Part shown: in pieces, positions 45,169-52,127 of the stretch
How positions within the stretch are numbered: position 1 is the stretch's first letter
How the letters are laid out: every line of letters begins with the position of its first letter
Source of the DNA: a virus
Taxonomy: Duplodnaviria; Caudoviricetes
Virus record (IMG/VR): IMGVR_UViG_3300036823_000134
Span: 1-52,176 of that record
DNA length: 52,176 bases
Reading direction: 5' to 3' (one strand)
Position numbers and translations under genes: made by a program
The notes under the pieces: generated by a model
Databases searched by the model: none
Seen by the model: the letters and a program-made list of their open reading frames with translations, nothing else
Told to the model about the DNA's origin: nothing

Positions 45169-45314
45169 TAGGAGAGGCTGGATTCGAACCAGCTGACAGG
45201 TTATCCAAGGCCAAATACATTCGGCGGATAACTCTATAGGAGTGCACTTCCTACCATGCTTCCGAGAACGTCTTATGAGTTCTCACCGACGCTCATCACG
45301 TACGGTACTCTCCT
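45169..45314 (-). ncRNA. tRNA(Met, CAU)-like RNA with a ~70-nt structured insertion in the variable region
   Basis: Acceptor AGGAGAG/CUCUCCU, U8A9, D-like stem, GAGAA-CUCAUAA-gacg-UUCUC, T arm GCUGG-UUCGAAU-CCAGC. Confidence 0.75.
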
Positions 45315-45465
45315 CCAGCAGCGTAAGTAGACCAGGCAATAGAGAAGCTCACCTATTGTCAGTTACCATGCGCTACGTGTGTTGGCCCGACTCGAAATTA
45401 AGGCTTTCGCCCGGGCAGGGGATCCTAACACAGGTCGCCGTGCCTGTTTCTCCCGCAACACATCA
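45315..45465 (-). ncRNA. Structured non-coding leader upstream of the tRNA-like domain
   Basis: Hairpins ACAGG/CCUGU, UGUGUU/AACACA enclosing GCCCG/CGGGC and GGC-GAAA-GCC, GUAGCG/CGCUGC enclosing CAAUAG/CUAUUG. Confidence 0.45.
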
Positions 45466-45469
45466 CTCG

Positions 45470-45967
45470 TCAGCTCTCGGCTTCGGTGAACTCACCTTCG
45501 GCCTCGACCGGCGAAGCTTCCTTCACTGCGGGCTTCGCGACCTTCTTCGCGGCGGCGTTGGCCTTGCGCTCGGCGGCGCGCTTCACCTTGTCGGCCCACC
45601 ATGCCAGGCCTTCGTCCAGCTTGAACGCCCGACGCTCGACCTGGTTGTCGTCGAGGATCATCTTCAGGTCGCCGTTCTCGGTGTTCGGGAACGGGTGATC
45701 CTTGGGAGCATTCTTGATGTAGCTGTACACGACCTGCGGAGGCACGATCACGTTCGTCTCCGCGGGCTGATTGTCATCGTTGCCGTAGCCCTTGCTCGTC
45801 AGCTCCTTGGCGAACTGCACTGGCGTGACGTAGCCATCGGGCAGCGTGCCTCGCTTCGGCTTCGTGGCGACAGTCGGCTTGGCTTCGGTGGGGGTAGCGG
45901 CCGTCTCGGGAACCTCTTCGGTCTCGTCGAAGTTCTCGACTTCGGCGTCCGTGTCTGCGTGAGTCAT
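45470..45967 (-). CDS. HTH DNA-binding protein, paralog 2
   Basis: VTPVQFAK...VPPQVVYSYIKN; acidic N-terminus, Lys/Ala-rich tail; GC3-rich codons. Confidence 0.75.
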   Translation of the reverse strand: MTHADTDAEVENFDETEEVPETAATPTEAKPTVATKPKRGTLPDGYVTPVQFAKELTSKGYGNDDNQPAETNVIVPPQVVYSYIKNAPKDHPFPNTENGDLKMILDDNQVERRAFKLDEGLAWWADKVKRAAERKANAAAKKVAKPAVKEASPVEAEGEFTEAES

Positions 45968-46010
45968 TTCTGCGTCTCCTCGCTTGGTAATGTTTTTTGC
46001 TTCTGAGTTA

Positions 46011-46040
46011 ATTATAGCTTAGGACATACTAGGATATCAA
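46011..46040 (-). promoter_or_regulatory. SigA-like promoter
   Basis: TTGATA-N18-TATAAT. Confidence 0.75.
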
Positions 46041-46085
46041 GGCTAAAAACTGGGGAAATTTCTGATTTCAGCAAGATCTTTTTGA

Positions 46086-46304
46086 TCAGTCTCGCGCATA
46101 CCTGGCCACCTTGGAATGCCTAACCCAAACAGGCCTTCCCATGACCATGTTGACTCCTAGAGCGCCAAACATAGCTGCTCCACCGAACATCATGATCCCG
46201 AAGGGTGCAAGAACGATCGTGCAGCATAGTGCTGCTCCTACTAGGCAAACAACAGTAGCTACCAGACAGATAAGCAACCCCCCGATAACTTTAACGATGC
46301 GCAT
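46086..46304 (-). CDS. Small membrane protein (2 TM)
   Basis: RBS GAGGAGG; hydrophobic. Confidence 0.75.
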   Translation of the reverse strand: MRIVKVIGGLLICLVATVVCLVGAALCCTIVLAPFGIMMFGGAAMFGALGVNMVMGRPVWVRHSKVARYARD

Positions 46305-46317
46305 ATTCACCTCCTCG

Positions 46318-46371
46318 GGACCATCGTCAGGGCGGTCTCAATTCCGCCGACCCCTCACGGGGTTTCGGTCC
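46318..46371 (-). ncRNA. Type II hammerhead ribozyme (HH1)
   Basis: GGACC-GAAA-CCCC-gtga-GGGG-UC^GGCGG-aauugaga-CCGCC-CUGACGA-u-GGUCC. Confidence 0.9.
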
Positions 46372-46373
46372 AG

Positions 46374-46568
46374 CTACTTACGGATTACTTTCCGTGCGAT
46401 CACAATCGGATCGTCGACGTACTCGGCTGCAAACGGTTTCGCCAACGCATCTGCATGCACTTCGGTGATTGCCTTCAGAACGACAATGACGTCAGTCTTC
46501 CCAGAAGGTCTCTGGCTCTTCTTCCCCTGGAACTTCACTTCCCAGGTCTTGGACGTTAACTTTCGCAT
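46374..46568 (-). CDS. Hypothetical protein
   Basis: 64 aa; stop abuts the ribozyme. Confidence 0.65.
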   Translation of the reverse strand: MRKLTSKTWEVKFQGKKSQRPSGKTDVIVVLKAITEVHADALAKPFAAEYVDDPIVIARKVIRK

Positions 46569-46704
46569 GTCTTCTCAGGCTCCTGTAGTCCCAACCGATT
46601 TCTCTGAGCACTTGAATTGCCTGTCTCCGCAACGATACTCCGATATCGTACGGGTGTGCAACAGTGAGTGTATACGTCCTTGGCTGTACTTTAGCGAACC
46701 GCAC
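46492..46704 (-). CDS. Hypothetical protein
   Basis: 70 aa; overlaps the downstream ORF. Confidence 0.45.
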   Translation of the reverse strand: MRFAKVQPRTYTLTVAHPYDIGVSLRRQAIQVLREIGWDYRSLRRHAKVNVQDLGSEVPGEEEPETFWED

Positions 46705-46906
46705 GACGCCACTGCTTCTTGGACACGCCGTAAGGCTTGCGGACTCTTGTCTTCACCTTGTTGATGCCCATGTTGTACGTGGATACCTGAACACGCTCTT
46801 CCTTGCGGCCTTGAGCATTCTCCACGAGCAACGACCTGTGTTCGACGATGAAGTGCTTCTTCGAACCTTCGATCTCCTGCAGCTCTAGCGACTTACCGTG
46901 TGCCAT
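46691..46906 (-). CDS. Hypothetical basic protein
   Basis: RBS GAGGAG before MAHGKS. Confidence 0.65.
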   Translation of the reverse strand: MAHGKSLELQEIEGSKKHFIVEHRSLLVENAQGRKEERVQVSTYNMGINKVKTRVRKPYGVSKKQWRRAVR

Positions 46907-47126
46907 CGGACTGCTCCTCTGCGCGGTTCTTTTCGGTACGCATTGGTAGTGATTCGTACGCCCGTACGGCTGCGAAGTGAGCCTGAGCGAGAGTTGCCAA
47001 CGCAGTTGCCCTTTCGTGATGGAAGATCGTGTGATCAAGATCGATAGACTCCGCTGCGATCTTCAGGCACTGATTCGCTTCGACGAGAAGCTCTTCGCCC
47101 TTGTCGTAGTGTTCGTTCCTGTTCAT
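46893..47126 (-). CDS. Hypothetical protein
   Basis: MNRNEHY...LAQAHFAA. Confidence 0.65.
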   Translation of the reverse strand: MNRNEHYDKGEELLVEANQCLKIAAESIDLDHTIFHHERATALATLAQAHFAAVRAYESLPMRTEKNRAEEQSDGTR

Positions 47127-47128
47127 CA

Positions 47129-47275
47129 CTACTTTCCAATCGCCGGATTGATGTTGTGTGCGATGTTGATAGCGATCCACTCGAACGCACCTGCGATGGC
47201 TTCGATCACCTGAGGCCACACGATGGATACGATCAGGTAAAGAATCGCAATCAGGCCCAATACTGCCCACTTCAC
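47129..47275 (-). CDS. Small membrane protein (48 aa)
   Basis: Not in the ORF track; MKWAVLGLIAILYLIVSIVW...; start overlaps the upstream stop. Confidence 0.6.
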   Translation of the reverse strand: MKWAVLGLIAILYLIVSIVWPQVIEAIAGAFEWIAINIAHNINPAIGK

Positions 47276-47568
47276 CTTTTGTGCTCCCAGCTCTCGATCA
47301 GCTTACGCATACCTCTGTCATACTCCGGGAAGAAGCTGTAGTGTCCCCAGTTACCTTCCAGGAACTTCTGAGAGATCAGGTAAACGCGTCCATCCTCATG
47401 GGTGAAACGCTTCAGTGCTTGCGCACTGGTTACCTCTGCATCAATTTCTCTTACTAGGTCACTCATGACTAACTCTCCCTTGAGCTCATCAGCACGGTAT
47501 TGAACCGTGGACGCCTCTCGGCGTTTCGCTCTGTCAGCCCTTGAAGTCCGGTTCGTCTTCTGTCTCAC
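47272..47568 (-). CDS. Hypothetical protein
   Basis: Start uncertain; possibly an internal ATG with RBS AGGGAG. Confidence 0.55.
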   Translation of the reverse strand: MRQKTNRTSRADRAKRREASTVQYRADELKGELVMSDLVREIDAEVTSAQALKRFTHEDGRVYLISQKFLEGNWGHYSFFPEYDRGMRKLIESWEHKR

Positions 47569-47737
47569 GTCCTTCCAGGTTCGCTTTCTCTGCGTCGGTC
47601 AGCTGAGCCTCCTGAATAATTTCGTACCTGCCGTGGTGCTCGTCTTCGGTCGAGAGATCCAACTGGTGTTGGTACGCCTCGACCACATCACCGAAAAGGT
47701 CCTGACAGTCGAGACACTTCAGAATCAACGTAACCAT
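47534..47737 (-). CDS. Hypothetical Zn-finger-like protein
   Basis: CLDC...H...H; RBS AGGAG. Confidence 0.65.
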   Translation of the reverse strand: MVTLILKCLDCQDLFGDVVEAYQHQLDLSTEDEHHGRYEIIQEAQLTDAEKANLEGRETEDEPDFKG

Positions 47738-47741
47738 CTTG

Positions 47742-48047
47742 CTACTCCTGTCGTCCTCGAACTTTCGACGCGTAGTTCTTACACGTCATTTCGCCACACG
47801 CTCCGTCGGAGAACTTCTTGTGTCTGCACTCTTTGACGATCATCACGAGGGCGAAGTGGTAGAGATCCCAGAGTATGTTCGGATTGCCTGCATGACGGGA
47901 GTTAACGATGTCTTCAGGTGTGACGTCCAGCTGCTGGTAGTAGTGAACGACTGTCCACACGGCTTCATCGTTCAACGGTTCACCATCAGCGTCTGCGGTG
48001 ATCTCCTGCACAACCCAGTTGTGCAATGCAGTGATATCCTGAGGCAT
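47742..48047 (-). CDS. Hypothetical protein
   Basis: MPQDIT start overlaps the upstream stop. Confidence 0.65.
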   Translation of the reverse strand: MPQDITALHNWVVQEITADADGEPLNDEAVWTVVHYYQQLDVTPEDIVNSRHAGNPNILWDLYHFALVMIVKECRHKKFSDGACGEMTCKNYASKVRGRQE

Positions 48048-48391
48048 TATGACCAACCCCTCAGTGCATTGAGGCGTGCCTCTTGCTCGTCGCCTTCGGT
48101 CCACTCCGTGAACTCCACATCATCGAGCGTGTGCTCCTGCTTCCGGAGCTTCTCCGTACGCACTGCCTCGTTCGCGACATTGCGGTGGTGCTTGGAGCAC
48201 ATCTTGTCGTGCGCCTTGATCACTGCATTCCTCGACCCGAACACCAGCAACTTACTAGCAGACTTGTTCAGGACGGTGTGATTCGCACTGTTGTCGTAGA
48301 TGCAGAACCTCGCACCATGTCCGTAAAGCTTTCGATCGTCTATCGTCAAGAGCCGGATCTCGTAGCGGCAGGTGTGGTCAACCGCTTCCAT
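48047..48391 (-). CDS. Hypothetical protein
   Basis: 114 aa, directly downstream of HH2. Confidence 0.65.
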   Translation of the reverse strand: MEAVDHTCRYEIRLLTIDDRKLYGHGARFCIYDNSANHTVLNKSASKLLVFGSRNAVIKAHDKMCSKHHRNVANEAVRTEKLRKQEHTLDDVEFTEWTEGDEQEARLNALRGWS

Positions 48392-48417
48392 CTTGTGAAC
48401 TATTTCGGTTCCTCTCT

Positions 48418-48469
48418 AGGTCTCCTCAGCACGCCTATTAGACGTGGACCCCTCACGGGGTTTCGACCT
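48418..48469 (-). ncRNA. Type II hammerhead ribozyme (HH2)
   Basis: AGGUC-GAAA-CCCC-gtga-GGGG-UC^CACGUC-uaaua-GGCGUG-CUGAGGA-GACCU. Confidence 0.92.
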
Positions 48470-48471
48470 CA

Positions 48472-48675
48472 CTAGATTTCGTTGACTGCTGCAAACCAAT
48501 GTCCGTTGGAGAGCCCAACCTGCACGTTGTAGCTCCAATCCCACGGGACGCCTGCCCAGAACGTGCTACCGTAGAACGCAAAGCTTCCGCTGATGAACAT
48601 GTACGCCAACGCGCAACCGAGAACGATCAAAACCCACACGGACTTTCGTTGCATGACCTTGTTCATGCTCTCCAC
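48472..48675 (-). CDS. Small membrane protein
   Basis: One TM segment; stop abuts the ribozyme. Confidence 0.65.
   Translation of the reverse strand: MESMNKVMQRKSVWVLIVLGCALAYMFISGSFAFYGSTFWAGVPWDWSYNVQVGLSNGHWFAAVNEI
48628..48641 (-). repeat. Dispersed 14-bp motif copy (minus strand)
   Basis: Reverse complement is CCGTGTGGGTTTTG. Confidence 0.85.
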
Positions 48676-48914
48676 CCTTCTCCCATCTGTCCTTTGATCT
48701 GTGACATCGCGGTCAGCATGTCCGATGCTGTCCTGTGAAAGAACGCCATCTCCTCCTGCTCGGGTGCTGTGAGGTGTCGTCCTGCAGCCTTCTTGCTCAG
48801 TACTTCGATACCGTCAAGCACCGCATCCAGTTGCGTTTCGCAAGCAAGGTACACTGGACTGCACATGTGCTCCGAAATCTGTATTTCGCCGTCCATTGTA
48901 TACATTGTTCCCAC
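48663..48914 (-). CDS. Hypothetical protein
   Basis: RBS AAGGAGG; downstream of a promoter. Confidence 0.7.
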   Translation of the reverse strand: MGTMYTMDGEIQISEHMCSPVYLACETQLDAVLDGIEVLSKKAAGRHLTAPEQEEMAFFHRTASDMLTAMSQIKGQMGEGWRA

Positions 48915-48959
48915 CTCCTTTCAGACGGATAGTAAGTCCCAATCTTTTGCTTTCAATTA

Positions 48960-48989
48960 ATTATATCTGCGACCACAAGGACTAATCAA
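48960..48989 (-). promoter_or_regulatory. SigA-like promoter
   Basis: TTGATT-N18-TATAAT. Confidence 0.75.
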
Positions 48990-49005
48990 GGCTCAATTTT
49001 TGACT

Positions 49006-49263
49006 CTAACTTGACTTTGCCACCGTAAGAGGCCCCGCAATCGTAACAAAGGTCTCAACGTCGTTCGTACCGTCGTTCATCCACTGCTGAACTAGGTCCC
49101 ATGCGTGCTTCTCGAGTTCCTTTATCATCGTCGTGATATACACCTCTGTCTGCTCCTCCGTGAACCCTGGCGGAATAGCTAGTTGCATCGGTCTCACGAA
49201 GGTCACTTGCACTTGGAGGTTGGGCGGCGTCTTCCTCGGCCAACTGCGCTTCCTTAGCTTCAT
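49006..49263 (-). CDS. Hypothetical protein
   Basis: 85 aa; RBS AAGG; overlaps the 3' end of the upstream ORF. Confidence 0.55.
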   Translation of the reverse strand: MKLRKRSWPRKTPPNLQVQVTFVRPMQLAIPPGFTEEQTEVYITTMIKELEKHAWDLVQQWMNDGTNDVETFVTIAGPLTVAKSS

Positions 49264-49861
49264 GTAGTTCTACCTTTCTTACTGCATTGGTGAATTCGAG
49301 CTTAACCTGCTCACGGATCATTGGTGGAACTGTTGTGTACAGGAGCTGCACGGCTTCTCTTGAGACCCGTTCCATTTCATCCAGGAACGCAATGACATAC
49401 CGTGGCACTACAAGGTATGGATCGTTGGGTAGAATGGGCCGCCCTTGTTGCTCACGACCAGCTTCCTGCAACTCACAGTAGATGGAAATGTCTATTCTTT
49501 TATCCACGGCGTGCCACCTGCGGTAAGCTATCATGCATTGCGAGCAGATACGTTCCCCGAGGTAAGTAGTTCGAATTTTCGTGCCACAGCACCTGCAGGG
49601 CTCGACGGTGGCCTTCGCCCTACCACCCGCGTGAACCTTGTGAAATGGTATCGGCAACCCCAATCGCGCCCGCAGCGTGCGGTAATCCTGAATAGAGAAC
49701 TTCTCGCCCCTGGTCTTGGCACGGTTACGCCTGCGTTGGTAGTCACTCCAACAATCTGCGCAGTAGTTCGCACCGCCAGTCATCGCTTTGGCCTCAGGCG
49801 GACGCTCTGTGCCACAGATGGCACAGATGAATGACCCCGGAACTCTCAAATCGTCGTTCAT
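49055..49861 (-). CDS. Zn-finger protein (two CxxC...CxxC units), probably leaderless
   Basis: CAIC...CADC, CRCC...CSQC; ATG 7 nt from the -10 box. Confidence 0.65.
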   Translation of the reverse strand: MNDDLRVPGSFICAICGTERPPEAKAMTGGANYCADCWSDYQRRRNRAKTRGEKFSIQDYRTLRARLGLPIPFHKVHAGGRAKATVEPCRCCGTKIRTTYLGERICSQCMIAYRRWHAVDKRIDISIYCELQEAGREQQGRPILPNDPYLVVPRYVIAFLDEMERVSREAVQLLYTTVPPMIREQVKLEFTNAVRKVELHEAKEAQLAEEDAAQPPSASDLRETDATSYSARVHGGADRGVYHDDDKGTREARMGPSSAVDERRYERR

Positions 49862-49867
49862 ATTTCT

Positions 49868-49896
49868 ATTATATAGTAGTCACTGGGTAATCTCAA
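49868..49896 (-). promoter_or_regulatory. SigA-like promoter (leaderless)
   Basis: TTGAGA-N17-TATAAT. Confidence 0.7.
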
Positions 49897-49899
49897 CTC

Positions 49900-50395
49900 C
49901 ATACCCTCCGGTTACGCTTTTTGATGCTCTATATAATTTTTTCGCTACCCTCCGGCTAATCTCGATACCGGCTCATGCGCACTCTGATCGTAGAATTCAA
50001 TTGAAAAAACAGAGCGTCATTCGGTGGATGATCAACGCTTTTACTATGCCGGTATCGATAATAATCAATCATCGCAGCAAGCTAACCTTTTATAAGATTT
50101 ACGGTCCTACTTTTTGGCTTCTGCCAGGAAATTTAGGGGAATCTACAAGAAATTTGTGCTCTGCGAGGTCGTTTTCTTATAGATTCCCATGAAGTCTCTA
50201 GTAGAGGATCATTAGGATCTTACTTTGTGTATTTATGAGGATGTTGTTACTATATATATATAAGTATATAGTAGAGATATGAAAATATCATGTGTTCCCG
50301 GGTTACTACTGCCTCATAAATACACAAATCGCTCTTTTAAAAGATAGTTCTACAGAGACGATCATGAGGCTGCTATATACTAGTAACCCGATATA
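49900..50395. other. AT-rich non-coding region with long inverted repeats; candidate replication origin
   Basis: Inverted repeats 50137-50152/50173-50188, 50224-50240/50312-50328 and 50299-50308/50381-50390; (TA)n tract. Confidence 0.5.
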
Positions 50396-50396
50396 G

Positions 50397-50582
50397 TCAG
50401 ACGCTGATTATCCAAACAAAGACGTGTAGACCATCGTTGGAGAACCACGCGCCCATACCTGGAATTCCGAGAACCACTACGAACAACCAGTGGATCGCGA
50501 AGAGAAATACGGCTCCCGCTACAGCGGCGACTCCGGTTGCCACGGCAGAAACTTCAATGATGTCCTTGATCCGAGTCTTCAC
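50397..50582 (-). CDS. Small membrane protein
   Basis: 61 aa, hydrophobic; RBS GAGG. Confidence 0.6.
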   Translation of the reverse strand: MKTRIKDIIEVSAVATGVAAVAGAVFLFAIHWLFVVVLGIPGMGAWFSNDGLHVFVWIISV

Positions 50583-50674
50583 GGTGACCTCTCATTCTGG
50601 AAGAAATCCTGAAATGCTGTGTAGGGGTCGATCTCTTCGCTCCGTAACGAAGAGATCCGCCCATGGAACGCACG

Positions 50675-50688
50675 TCGTGTGGGTTTTG
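50675..50688 (+). repeat. Dispersed 14-bp motif copy
   Basis: TCGTGTGGGTTTTG. Confidence 0.8.
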
Positions 50689-50884
50689 GGCCTAGATGTG
50701 TGCGAAGAGGGTGACCAACATCACGATCAGGAAGCAGAAGGACATCCACGGGTACGTGTACTTCGGCATTACGCACCCACCGCCACGTAGGTTACCGATA
50801 TCACCAGTACCACCAACAGGCAGTAGAGTGACATCCAGGTTGCCCGAACGGTCAACATCACGAACCTTTCCGTCGACAAGTAAA

Positions 50885-50919
50885 TAAGGAAAGGGGAGGG
50901 TCGGTCGATGACCCTCCCC
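50885..50919 (-). terminator. Rho-independent terminator
   Basis: GGGGAGGGTC/GACCCTCCCC stem followed by TTTCCTTA on the minus strand. Confidence 0.75.
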
Positions 50920-50927
50920 AACCTTAC

Positions 50928-51209
50928 CTACTCGCTGATCGGGTTCGCGGGAGCGTTCAGGATCACCGACTCCTTCTTACCCAACACGTTCTTGTTGTAG
51001 TACTTCGTGAACCAGGTCTGCAGTTCGGTACCGTTGACGTACGACTTACCCTCGATCACGTCGGAGACGATGTACCCCTTCTTGACGTAATTGTAGAACA
51101 TCTGGGGGGCGACCTTCTTCTCGACACCCAGCTCCTCCAACCATCCGTTCACCACGGAGCTGCACTCGTAGGGGGAGTAGAAGCTGTTGTTCTCGTCGAT
51201 CTTGATCAT
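50928..51209 (-). CDS. HTH DNA-binding protein, paralog 3
   Basis: YSPYECS...VAPQMFYNYVKKGYI; has its own promoter and terminator. Confidence 0.7.
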   Translation of the reverse strand: MIKIDENNSFYSPYECSSVVNGWLEELGVEKKVAPQMFYNYVKKGYIVSDVIEGKSYVNGTELQTWFTKYYNKNVLGKKESVILNAPANPISE

Positions 51210-51621
51210 GATCTTTACCCTTCGGGTTGGTTTTTCTTTTCCTTCTAATTCTATTATACAGCGGATCTTGAAGACCTGCAATGGGATCTTGATAACTTTC
51301 ACAAGATCTTTATTACATGATCTTTACCCTACCCGTATATCTTCTACCCTAAGATATAGGTACCCCTAAGTGTCCAGGGTCTAGGTATCTTAGGTACGTA
51401 AGGATCTAGTGTCGTCTTGATCCTTACGTCGGTGCAGGACATTGAGTTGTCAATGATCTACTTCGTCTTGATGTTGTTTTTTTTCTTATACCTTAATTGT
51501 AGTCGCGATCTTGTAATTACATACCCGCCATTCAGGTCATGCTTACATGATCTTTTTGTCAAGATCATTTTCGTTAGGAAACCTTTTAGTTACTGTACGA
51601 AACTATATTCTAAAAGATCTT
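51198..51621. repeat. Cluster of GATCTT repeats in the AT-rich divergent control region
   Basis: Nine GATCTT copies plus further GATC sites; TTACATGATCTTT occurs twice. Confidence 0.7.
51253..51281 (-). promoter_or_regulatory. SigA-like promoter
   Basis: TTGCAG-N17-TATAAT. Confidence 0.65.
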
Positions 51622-51673
51622 GACGTAAACATCGTGTGACGTTAGGGTAATATCAAAATGGAGGAAGAAACAT

Positions 51674-51727
51674 GTGTTACCTTTATATACCAATAGGTTG
51701 CTTACATCGTTGTCCTTGTGATATACT
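51674..51727 (+). promoter_or_regulatory. Putative late promoter with an upstream conserved box
   Basis: TTGCTT-N18-TATACT; upstream box shared with 9794-9820. Confidence 0.75.
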
Positions 51728-51749
51728 ATACGTGGAGGAGGTGGCGTTG

Positions 51750-52127
51750 ATGGCCGCAGATCCGAAGTTGGTCTACATGATTCGAGAGGATCAGTGGAAG
51801 CAGGGCAAGGGCCCGCATCCTGGTCCTCCTCCCCCAGGCTACCGTGAGATGTATGGCGAGCCAGAAGAGCCTGAGCATGGCGGTGAGCACGACGGTGAGA
51901 CTTCCGCCGCGGCAGCTTTGCGCAAGCTTGAGTCGGTTGCCGGTGCGGCTGCACAGGTTGTGACGGACATCGCCCTCGATGAAAAAAATGCGCCAGCAGT
52001 GAGGCTCAATGCGGCTAAGTACGTACTTGACTTGATCAAGGGAAGCAAGGGCGCTAGCGGCGACCCGCTCTTGGACATGGTAAGGATGTTCCAGGAGACA
52101 CAGGGCAAGAAGGCACGAGAGCAATAA
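51750..52127 (+). CDS. terS: Terminase small subunit
   Basis: Directly upstream of terL across the circular junction; VRLNAAKYVLD motif; RBS GGAGGAGG. Confidence 0.7.
   Translation: MAADPKLVYMIREDQWKQGKGPHPGPPPPGYREMYGEPEEPEHGGEHDGETSAAAALRKLESVAGAAAQVVTDIALDEKNAPAVRLNAAKYVLDLIKGSKGASGDPLLDMVRMFQETQGKKAREQ

Noticed and set aside
45135-45465. tmRNA interpretation of the long tRNA-like region
   Set aside because: No G3-U70 alanine identity pair, an anticodon arm is present, and no tag-like ORF or pseudoknot series is evident
45425-45475. Third hammerhead (CUGACGA...GAAAC on the minus strand)
   Set aside because: Stem II cannot form and the cleavage triplet would end in G
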